Positions 25,918-33,882 of a DNA stretch of 33,882 nt are shown here, piece after piece; position 1 is the stretch's first letter, and each line of letters opens with the position of its first letter. A program made the position numbers and the translations under genes. This stretch comes from Mucilaginibacter sp. (lineage in GTDB: Bacteria > Bacteroidota > Bacteroidia > Sphingobacteriales > Sphingobacteriaceae). The DNA lies in NCBI GenBank assembly GCA_036565645.1, contig DATCXS010000326.1, positions 1-33,882 on the forward strand. The letters run 5' to 3'. Under the pieces are notes generated by a model. The model searched no databases. It was not told the DNA's origin and worked only from the letters and a program-made list of their open reading frames with translations.

Positions 25918-28365
25918 ATGAAATCGCTGTATATGAAGCAATTATTACGTATATCCCTAAGTGCTGCAAGCCTTGCAATTATTGCAATGACCGCATCGGC
26001 TCAAAGCGCCCGTATTACTGTCGACGCTGACAGGGTGCTCAATACAATACCGGCCAAAATGTATGGGTCATGTATTGAAGATGTAAACCACGAGATATAC
26101 GGCGGTTTGTACGACCAGCGCTTATACGGCGAAAGCTTTGAGGAGCCTGCACCGCCCATCACCTACCGGGGCTGGAAAACCCTGAAAGGCCAATGGACAG
26201 CTATCGACGGTGGTATCGGGGTAAAAGCAGGCCCCGGCGATAAACTGATCCGCGAAAACCCCATCATAAAAAACGGCAGTGTCGAAGCAGATATTAAGTT
26301 TCCCGGCCGGGGTGAGAACGCAGGCTTCATCGTTCGTGTAGGTCGCGAGCAGGCAGGCATGGACGATTTTGATGGTTATGAGATCAGTTTAAACCCCGGT
26401 CGCCAGATATTGGTGCTGGGTAAGCACGTACATAATTTTAAATTACTGAAACAAAGCAAAGTAAGTTTCGACAAAACCGGCTGGACACATTTAAAGGTAG
26501 ATATGAACGGCAAGCAGATTGCCATTTATCTGAATAACCAAAGCAGCCCGGTTTTGAGTTATACTGATGATGATGATCCGCTGTTGAGCGGTAAGATTGG
26601 TCTGCGTACTTTCCATGCCGATGCAATATTTAAAGACATCGTTATCGCCCAAAATGGCGAGACTATTAAAAGTGATTTCATTGGCAATCCATCGTTACAG
26701 GTAAGCCAGGTTTGGGATGCGGTGGTAAGCCCATCGGCACAAGCCGGGTTTGCGCTGGATAATACCAATGCCTATAACAGCAACCAGGCGCAGGTGATTG
26801 AATTTTTGGGTGGCACCGGCAAAGTAGGTGTTGCCAATAGCGGACTAAACCGCTGGGGTATCGGCATAAAACAGGGTCAGACTTTTCAAGGCTCCGTATT
26901 TTTCAGGGCCGATGGCTTGTCAGGTCCCGTAATTGTCGCCCTGCAAAATGCCGCCGGTACCAAAACCTATGCAACGCATCAATTTACCCGGATTACATCA
27001 ACCTGGAAAAAATATGCGTTCAAACTAACCGCTAACGCAACCGATCCGAAAGCGCGCTTTGTGATTTACATCGCCCAAAAAGGAAAGTTGACTATCGACC
27101 AGGCTACGCTGATGGGTACCGGTGCCGAGCAGTTTAAAGGTTTGCCGCTGCGCGCGGATATTGCTCATAAAATGCAGCAGGAAGGACTAAACTTTGTGCG
27201 CTACGGCGGTACTATGGTCAACGCGCCCGATTATAAATGGAAAAACATGGTCGGCCCACGCGATAAGCGCCCGGTCTATGAGGGCCACTGGTACCCCTAC
27301 ACCAGCAATGGTTTTGGCATCGAAGAGTTTGTGGCTTATTGCGAGGCTGCTGGTTTTGATGCGGCCTTTGCCATTAATGTTGAAGAAACCCCGCAGGACG
27401 TTGCCGATATGCTGCAATACTTAACTGGCAGTACTGCTACGGCCTGGGGGAAAAAACGTGCAGAGGCGGGGCACTCCGCACCTTATAAATTAAAATACAT
27501 CGAGCTGGGTAACGAGGAGGTTATTTGGGGCGATTTAAAAAATGATTACTGGCACTATACCCAGCGTTTCAATTTGCTGTATGATGTCATCCACAAAAGC
27601 AATCCGGAGATCAAGGTGATCTGTGCTGCCTGGTGGCGCCCGAAATCTTTAGACAATATGGAAATGGTTTTCAGGGCGATAAATGGTCGCGCTGATTACT
27701 GGGACCTGCATACCGATGCCGATAATGCCAACGCCGGCACCAAAGTGGACCGCGACCTGCAAAACATGAAGGACCTGTTCCTGAAATGGGACCCCAACAC
27801 CAAACTCAGGATCACCATTTTTGAAGAGAACGGCGGCTTGCATAATATGCAGCGTGCCCTGGGTCATGCCACTACGCTAAATGCTGTTCGCCGCCACGGC
27901 GATTTTGTGCTGACCTCTTGTGCAGCTAACGGCCTTCAGGCATTGGGGCAAAATGATAACGGCTGGGATCAGGGGCAGGTGTTTTTCACACCATCGCAGG
28001 TTTGGGGGATGCCGCCATTTTACGCTACCCAAATGGCTGCCAAAAACCATGAGCCGCTGCGCGTAGAGAGTAATGTAAAGGGCGATCTGGACGTTACCGC
28101 TACCCGCAATGAAAAAGGCGACGAGTTGGTGCTGCATGTGGTAAATACCAGGGGTAATGCAGTAGCAACTACGGTTAACCTTAGTGGTTTTGCAGGTAAT
28201 AGTCCGGTAAAAGTGTATAGCTTGGCGGGTGATCTGAAAGCTGAAAACACACCCGAACGACCAACTGCTATCGCCACCAAAGAAAGCACCATCCCGCGCA
28301 GCGGAAACACATTGGATTATACCTTCCCGGCAAATTCATATACTATTTTGCATTTGAAGAAATAG
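25918..28365 (+). CDS. GH51 alpha-L-arabinofuranosidase-like protein with DUF1080-like and CBM-like inserts
   Basis: MYGSCIEDVNHEIYGGLY, VRYGG, FGIEEF, YIELGNEE acid/base motif, C-terminal YTFPANSYTILHL; signal peptide; start 25918 or 25933. Confidence 0.85.
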   Translation: MKSLYMKQLLRISLSAASLAIIAMTASAQSARITVDADRVLNTIPAKMYGSCIEDVNHEIYGGLYDQRLYGESFEEPAPPITYRGWKTLKGQWTAIDGGIGVKAGPGDKLIRENPIIKNGSVEADIKFPGRGENAGFIVRVGREQAGMDDFDGYEISLNPGRQILVLGKHVHNFKLLKQSKVSFDKTGWTHLKVDMNGKQIAIYLNNQSSPVLSYTDDDDPLLSGKIGLRTFHADAIFKDIVIAQNGETIKSDFIGNPSLQVSQVWDAVVSPSAQAGFALDNTNAYNSNQAQVIEFLGGTGKVGVANSGLNRWGIGIKQGQTFQGSVFFRADGLSGPVIVALQNAAGTKTYATHQFTRITSTWKKYAFKLTANATDPKARFVIYIAQKGKLTIDQATLMGTGAEQFKGLPLRADIAHKMQQEGLNFVRYGGTMVNAPDYKWKNMVGPRDKRPVYEGHWYPYTSNGFGIEEFVAYCEAAGFDAAFAINVEETPQDVADMLQYLTGSTATAWGKKRAEAGHSAPYKLKYIELGNEEVIWGDLKNDYWHYTQRFNLLYDVIHKSNPEIKVICAAWWRPKSLDNMEMVFRAINGRADYWDLHTDADNANAGTKVDRDLQNMKDLFLKWDPNTKLRITIFEENGGLHNMQRALGHATTLNAVRRHGDFVLTSCAANGLQALGQNDNGWDQGQVFFTPSQVWGMPPFYATQMAAKNHEPLRVESNVKGDLDVTATRNEKGDELVLHVVNTRGNAVATTVNLSGFAGNSPVKVYSLAGDLKAENTPERPTAIATKESTIPRSGNTLDYTFPANSYTILHLKK

Positions 28366-28585
28366 GGTTGACCATGCCGTGGGAATGGATCACTTTTATA
28401 CGACCTTTACAGCAATGACGACGCGGGGTGTCAAGCCGAGCCTAAAACATTGTAGGTCGAAGTTACGCTAAACTTCGATCAGTGGTGTACTATAAAACTC
28501 CAGGTAACGATTAAGATATATAACCCACGCAATACGTCTAATATGTATCTTGGCTGCACTCAATTTTTTATACAATATAAGCTTA

Positions 28586-29836
28586 ATGAATAAGAAACTT
28601 TTTTGGTCGGCCGGGATTTTGGCCGCAGTGATTGGCCTGAGTGGTTTTGTTGCCAATAAACTTACAGGCGCTAAACCTGCCGAATTGAAATTGCCTGCGG
28701 GCTTTTCTGCAACTATAGTGGCCGACTCGCTTGGTCCGTTGCGCCATTTGGTAGTAACCAGCAAAGGCGATGTCTATGTAAAATTAAACTCAACCCGTCG
28801 CAGCGGCGGTGAGGGAATCTACTTTTTGAGCGATGTTAATCATGACGGCATTCTGGATAAAAAGCTGGCTTTTGCCGATTATCCGGGCACAGGCATTAAG
28901 ATCAAAGATCATTACCTGTATTCAACTTCAAATAATGGCGTATTCCGCTATAAATTGAATAGCAGTGACGAAATAGTATCGCCCGACCAACCTGAAGTTA
29001 TTGTTCATGGTTTAGCCGACCATCAGCGTGATAATTCAAAATCCATCGCGTTGGACGATCAGGGAAATCTGTTTGTAAGTATCGGTTCATGGTCTGACGC
29101 CTGCCGCCAGAAAAACTCGGGAGAAGGCATTCAGGACTGCCCGATATTGGATTCGGCTGCCGGTGTCTGGAAGTTTAAAGCCGATAAACTGAATCAAACT
29201 TTCGGTGATGGTGTACGCTATGCAACCGGTATTAAAAACGCCGTGGGTATAGACTATAACCCGGCTACTAAAACCGTATTTGCTACCCAACATGGCCGCA
29301 GCTTTGACAAAATGTCTCCCGCATTTTTTACTTCCGAAAAAAGGGCAGAACTGCCGGCAGAAACTATTTATGAATTACACCAGGGTACCGATGCAGGCTG
29401 GCCTTACGTCTATTACGATCAGCAGCAACATAAAAAAATGCAGTCGCCGGAGTACGGCGGAGACGGTATGAAAACCGCTGATAATAAATATGCCGACCCG
29501 GCAGTAGCGTTCCCAGGCCATATGGCGCCTAACGACTTGCTGTTTTACACCGGCAACATGTTCCCAAAACGATATAAGAATGGTGCATTCGTAGTATTGC
29601 ATGGCCGTTCGGTAAATCCGGTTAAAGGCTATTTAGTAGCGTTTATTCCGCTGGTTAACGGCAAGCTATCATCAAACTGGGAGGTATTTGCCGACAACTT
29701 TACCGGCAGCGACCTGGTGCATCCAACCGGCCCGATGAAGTATCGCCCAATGGGCCTGGCTCAAGGCCCTGACGGTGTGCTGTACGTAACTGACGATTTG
29801 AAGGGAGCTATTTTTAAGATAGTTTATAAGCAGTAG
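28586..29836 (+). CDS. PQQ-dependent sugar (glucose/sorbosone) dehydrogenase family beta-propeller
   Basis: LKLPAGFSA, YATGIKNAVG, GWPYVY, HMAPNDLLFYTG, RPMGLAQGPDGVLYVTDD. Confidence 0.88.
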   Translation: MNKKLFWSAGILAAVIGLSGFVANKLTGAKPAELKLPAGFSATIVADSLGPLRHLVVTSKGDVYVKLNSTRRSGGEGIYFLSDVNHDGILDKKLAFADYPGTGIKIKDHYLYSTSNNGVFRYKLNSSDEIVSPDQPEVIVHGLADHQRDNSKSIALDDQGNLFVSIGSWSDACRQKNSGEGIQDCPILDSAAGVWKFKADKLNQTFGDGVRYATGIKNAVGIDYNPATKTVFATQHGRSFDKMSPAFFTSEKRAELPAETIYELHQGTDAGWPYVYYDQQQHKKMQSPEYGGDGMKTADNKYADPAVAFPGHMAPNDLLFYTGNMFPKRYKNGAFVVLHGRSVNPVKGYLVAFIPLVNGKLSSNWEVFADNFTGSDLVHPTGPMKYRPMGLAQGPDGVLYVTDDLKGAIFKIVYKQ

Positions 29837-29859
29837 ACAGCACGCACTTTTTGCCATCG

Positions 29860-29941
29860 TGCCATTTTGAGCAACGGGAGAAATCTATACACCGTTCAAG
29901 TATAACTTGTGTATAGATTTCTCCCGTTGGTCGAAATGGCA
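29860..29941. repeat. REP-like long hairpin between convergent genes
   Basis: TGCCATTTTGAGCAACGGGAGAAATCTATACAC pairs with GTGTATAGATTTCTCCCGTTGGTCGAAATGGCA. Confidence 0.85.
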
Positions 29942-29963
29942 TAGTTTTTTTGATGAAATTTAT

Positions 29964-31520
29964 CTAATTTTTCTTTTTCCCCGCCTTTGTGTCCCTAATC
30001 AAATAATCCGGGAACTTAGCCTCTGGCGCACCATACTTATTGCGAAGGTTAGATTGGCCGCCCGGATCTGTGTTCAATGGCAGGTACATGCCTTTGGTAT
30101 CCTTCAATGCATCAAACATCTGCTTATTCATCGACTTAACTACTTTTGCATATTTCGGGTCGCGGATCAGGTTTTTGGCTTCGAGCGGATCGGCTTGCAG
30201 ATCGTATAACTCGTCAGTATCCCAGATGCCGTAGTAGTGGATATATTTGTACTGATCGGTACGCAGGGCATGCATGGTTGGTGTTTGGGGGAAGGCACGT
30301 TCCCAATAATACTCATACAACAAACCCTTGCGCCAGTTGGCAGGGGTCTTGCCTTCCAGCAGCGACAGATAACTCATGCCGTCCATATAGGCCGGGGCCT
30401 TTAGTCCGGCAGCTTCCAGTAAGGTTGGGGCTATGTCTATGTTTGCGACAACTTGTTTAACTACGGTGCCCGGTTTTATCAGGTCGGGGCAGTAAGCCAG
30501 CATAGGGACGCGCATGGAGGCCTCGTAAGCGTTTCGCTTATCAATTAAGCCATGCTCGCCAAACTGAAAGCCATTATCGCCCATATAAATAATCAGGGTC
30601 GACTGCAGCAAGCCTTCCTTTTTCAAATAATCCATAACCTTCCCTACCGATTCATCCACGCTATGCAATGTCTCGGCATAACGCTTGTAATAATTGCCGA
30701 TATCCAGGTCGCTGTGATACGGAAAATCGACCCCATGCCATGAGTTGCGCTGGTTCTGCACCCACATCGGTGCGCCCTGCACATTTTTGGGGTCCATGGT
30801 AAATGGCGGCTTAAAAGGATACTTGTCTGCTCGCCCCTTATCACGGTCGGCCGGGATAAAATTGGCATGGACACCTTTGTGTGCCAGATATAACATGAAA
30901 GGCTTTTTCTTATCACGATGACTCAAAAAGTCGATAGCGTAATCAGTAAGCTCGTCTGTAATGTATCCTTTTTGCGGAATGTGCTTGCCATTAAAGTTAA
31001 GTCCATTTTTTTCGGGCAGGTAAGAGCCTTGCCCTTTGAATGACAGCCAATAATCGAAGCCGCGTTTAGGGTCATCGCCGTCATTACCGGCGTGCCATTT
31101 GCCCACCATGGCGGTTTGGTAACCTATCTGTTGCAGATATTGCGGAAAAAAGATCAGGTTAGCGGGAACAGGGTGATAGTTATCAATCACCTTATGTTTA
31201 TGCGAATACAGGCCGGTCAGGATAGATGCCCGTGAAGGCGAGCAAAGCGAATTGTTGACAAAAGCATTTGGCAGGTAAGCGCCTTCGCGGGCAATGCGGT
31301 CAAGGTTGGGCGTTTCGATGAAATCCTGTGTGTGTAAAAAACCGAGGGCATCGTAGCGGTGATCATCGGCCAAAATAAAGACGATATTACGGGGCCTGGC
31401 ATTGGGTATATGTATTAATTTCAGAGAGCCGCCGGGTTGTTGCACCGGTGCATCCTGCCCCTTTACTATAATGATTGATGAAAGCCACAAAACTGCTGCA
31501 ATGAAGTACTTTGTCTGCAT
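29964..31520 (-). CDS. Cys-type formylglycine-dependent sulfatase (family S1, GlcNAc-6-sulfatase-like)
   Basis: PRNIVFILADDHR, LCSPSRASILTG, GKWH, GDNGF..GEHGLIDKR; signal peptide. Confidence 0.92.
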   Translation of the reverse strand: MQTKYFIAAVLWLSSIIIVKGQDAPVQQPGGSLKLIHIPNARPRNIVFILADDHRYDALGFLHTQDFIETPNLDRIAREGAYLPNAFVNNSLCSPSRASILTGLYSHKHKVIDNYHPVPANLIFFPQYLQQIGYQTAMVGKWHAGNDGDDPKRGFDYWLSFKGQGSYLPEKNGLNFNGKHIPQKGYITDELTDYAIDFLSHRDKKKPFMLYLAHKGVHANFIPADRDKGRADKYPFKPPFTMDPKNVQGAPMWVQNQRNSWHGVDFPYHSDLDIGNYYKRYAETLHSVDESVGKVMDYLKKEGLLQSTLIIYMGDNGFQFGEHGLIDKRNAYEASMRVPMLAYCPDLIKPGTVVKQVVANIDIAPTLLEAAGLKAPAYMDGMSYLSLLEGKTPANWRKGLLYEYYWERAFPQTPTMHALRTDQYKYIHYYGIWDTDELYDLQADPLEAKNLIRDPKYAKVVKSMNKQMFDALKDTKGMYLPLNTDPGGQSNLRNKYGAPEAKFPDYLIRDTKAGKKKN

Positions 31521-31747
31521 GGTGAGGTTGTTAAATAAATCAGGTTAAATATTGGTGGCAATGTGTCTTCCGGCTCATCGCAGTACTAACCTACAAAATA
31601 ATCCAAATAGATGAGGTAAATATTTGACCGCTTTTTTGTTATCCCGAATGATGATAACAACAGCTGCAGAAGTTGACAATTGAGGGTTTATTTTCTTACT
31701 TTGGTGGTTTGGGACTGTACTTAGGTCCTTTTTTATAAACCAACTGT

Positions 31748-32518
31748 ATGAAATTTAAAGATAAAATTGCCGTTGTGACCGGCGCAGGCCAGGGCATTGG
31801 CTTTGAAATCTGTCGTCAGTTAGCGGCTAACGGGGCTACTGTATTGCTCAATGATATTGATGCCGGACTGGCAAATACCGCTGCCGACAAGATAAACTCG
31901 GCCGGCGGGCAAAACTGCATAGCTTTTCCGGGCGATTCAAGCGATATCAACTTTATTAACCAAATGGTAGACAAAGCGGTGAATGGCTATGGCCACCTGG
32001 ATATTGTGATAGCTAACGCCGGTATTACTTTATATGGCGATTTTGCAACTTATTCGCCCGATGCTTTTTTCGAAGTGTTGCGGGTAAACCTGGGCGGATC
32101 GTTTTTCCTGGCGCAGGCGGCATCTAACAAAATGAAAACGCAGCAGGGTGGCGGGTCGATATTATTCACCTCGTCGGTAGTGGGGCATCAGGCTTTAAAA
32201 GATCTGGCCTGCTATGCCATGACTAAAGCTGCATTAGAAATGCTGGCTAAAAACCTGGTCATTGAGCTGTCGTCCTACAAAATCAATGTAAATACCGTAG
32301 CTCCGGGCGCAACGTTGACTGAACGTACTACCCTTGAAGCGGATTATGAACGCGTTTGGTCTGAAATTACCCCGCTGGGCCGCCCGGCATACGTGAACGA
32401 TATTGCGAATACCGCATTATTCCTGGTATCGGACGAAGCCAAACATATCACGGGGCAAAGCATCGTTGTCGACGGCGGCTGGACGGCGGTTAGTACTTTG
32501 CCTAAGGGGATCAAATAA
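31748..32518 (+). CDS. Short-chain dehydrogenase/reductase
   Basis: TGAGQGIG, NAG, YAMTK catalytic motif, VAPG, ITGQSIVVDGG. Confidence 0.95.
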   Translation: MKFKDKIAVVTGAGQGIGFEICRQLAANGATVLLNDIDAGLANTAADKINSAGGQNCIAFPGDSSDINFINQMVDKAVNGYGHLDIVIANAGITLYGDFATYSPDAFFEVLRVNLGGSFFLAQAASNKMKTQQGGGSILFTSSVVGHQALKDLACYAMTKAALEMLAKNLVIELSSYKINVNTVAPGATLTERTTLEADYERVWSEITPLGRPAYVNDIANTALFLVSDEAKHITGQSIVVDGGWTAVSTLPKGIK

Positions 32519-32519
32519 T

Positions 32520-32972
32520 TCAGGCGTTCGACCTGCGTTTGATAAGCCAGGCATCTACAGAAAACATACCTGCGCCAGACAGCATTAACGACAATAGCCC
32601 GGCTATATATAATAAATTGATCTCGTATCCGGGCGGGCCAAATTTGGGGCCTGCGGGCGTTAAACCGATAGTATTTACCGAGCTAAAGCCGAATTTATAA
32701 CTGACCGTTACAATAGCCACCAGCATAGTAAGGATAAGCGGTATGCTTACTACAGTAATAAATGCTCCTACGAATATGGCCAGTCCGCCAATCAGCTCGA
32801 TAAATGGTAACAGCAAGGCATTTAAATGAGGCATAGGCACACTTATCTGTGTCAGTAATTTTTCAAGACCCGCCGGGCCCCGGCTTAACTTTGCCCAACC
32901 ATGAGCCATAAAGCCATAACCTATTATCAACCGCAATATCAGCGGCGCGTATTGTTGATATTTGTTGTTCAT
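32520..32972 (-). CDS. DoxX family membrane protein
   Basis: LRLIIGYGFMAHGWAKL, ELIGGL, GYEINLLY, GAGMFSVD. Confidence 0.92.
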   Translation of the reverse strand: MNNKYQQYAPLILRLIIGYGFMAHGWAKLSRGPAGLEKLLTQISVPMPHLNALLLPFIELIGGLAIFVGAFITVVSIPLILTMLVAIVTVSYKFGFSSVNTIGLTPAGPKFGPPGYEINLLYIAGLLSLMLSGAGMFSVDAWLIKRRSNA

Positions 32973-33180
32973 GCAGGATCTGTCGGGAAATACCCGAGAT
33001 CCTTACAAATGATTTAAAGTTTTAATGGAAAGCTGTTTCTTGTGATTACAAAGCGCCGGAATATCATACAATAATATAAGCTCACCGTCTCGGCTGTCTG
33101 CGATTATCAGATGTGTGATAGACGGTTACAAAAGTTAACAAACTTTGGATAGCGCCAGCATGGTGACATGGTGTACAAAG

Positions 33181-33338
33181 GCAAACAAGTGATCCACGAG
33201 TGTATGTGTATCAGTTGGATCACTTGTAAAATTTAACTTATTGAAAATCAAAGAATTAAAATATAAATACACCAAAAGCGGATCACTTTGGATCATGTTT
33301 TATGACTTTTAAGTCATTTTTTGGATCACTTGATTTTG
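33181..33338 (-). repeat. GTGATCC/IHF-like non-coding element, copy 2 (inverted relative to copy 1)
   Basis: GGATCAC at 33217, 33280, 33323, GGATCAT at 33290, GTGATCC at 33189; palindrome at 33302-33317; TAACTTATTGAAAATCAAAGAATTA at 33234-33258. Confidence 0.85.
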
Positions 33339-33346
33339 GTTTCATA

Positions 33347-33882
33347 TTATTCGGACCGTAAACTTTTTACGGGGTTTATCATGGCCGAGCGCATTGCCTG
33401 ACTACCAACGGTAAGCAGGGTGATGATTACAACTAATACGCCCGATAAGGCAAACATCCACCATTGCAAACTAATGCGGTAGGCAAAATCATTCAGCCAT
33501 TTACTCAGCGCCCAGATGGCTATTGGCGTGGCAATGACTATGGATAGAATAACCAGTTTTACAAAGTCTTTAGATAATAGCGTAGTAATATTTGCAACTG
33601 ATGCCCCTAACACTTTGCGTACGCCTATTTCTTTCACCCGTAGTTGAGCCAGGAAAGAGGTTAACGCAAATAGCCCGCTGACAGCAATTAAAATTGATAT
33701 TACCGAGAAAAATGTAATGATGGTATTTAGTCTGTCGTAAGTGGCATAAAGGTTTTTAAAGTTTTGGTCGAGGAATGAGTAACGGATGGGGTAATTGGGC
33801 TCAAATTTTTTCCAGGCAGCGGTAATGGCTGCCAGCGATGATTTGACACGGTCTGTTTTTAACTTAACCAATATGGCTCCTG
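33347..33882 (-). CDS. ABC transporter permease (MacB/FtsX-like), C-terminal part
   Basis: YSFLDQNF, RVKEIGVRKVLGASV, WLNDFAYRI, NPVKSLRSE; 5' part lies outside the window. Confidence 0.93.
   Translation of the reverse strand, partial: GAILVKLKTDRVKSSLAAITAAWKKFEPNYPIRYSFLDQNFKNLYATYDRLNTIITFFSVISILIAVSGLFALTSFLAQLRVKEIGVRKVLGASVANITTLLSKDFVKLVILSIVIATPIAIWALSKWLNDFAYRISLQWWMFALSGVLVVIITLLTVGSQAMRSAMINPVKSLRSE

Noticed and set aside
28366-28585. Possible structured ncRNA between GH51 and the dehydrogenase (CGACCT...AGGTCG)
   Set aside because: Pairing is short and interrupted, and no known RNA motif was recognised
29907-30916. Several short ORFs overlapping the sulfatase
   Set aside because: Shadow or alternative-frame ORFs of a well-supported gene

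Overview
Chromosomal window from an aerobic Bacteroidota, most likely Sphingobacteriaceae/Mucilaginibacter-like (inferred from TAnnTTTG promoters, a type B T9SS C-terminal domain and gene content). The left end is core genes (DHH/NrnA, ndk, DUF721, recF, TPR protein, ribH, ytxJ/brxC). The best candidate for an undescribed system is 8123-13901: a tightly packed operon encoding a LuxI/FeeM-like GNAT-fold protein, a SAM methyltransferase, a 7TM-DISM sensor kinase, a receiver-kinase hybrid and a lone receiver, with a second lone receiver transcribed convergently. This has the layout of a signal synthase plus cognate receptor/phosphorelay (quorum-sensing-like), and a pepsin-like aspartic protease lipoprotein is transcribed divergently from it. 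The rest contains ahpC-ahpD, a beta-propeller protein, a PKD/T9SS protein, carbohydrate enzymes (unknown GH-like, GH144, GH51, sugar dehydrogenase, sulfatase), SDR, DoxX and an ABC permease end. Non-coding highlights are two inverted copies of a ~145-bp GTGATCC/IHF-like element 8.2 kb apart with conserved motif spacing, and REP-like hairpins. Two small genes are missing from the ORF track. All family calls come from motif recognition by eye; no searches were run.
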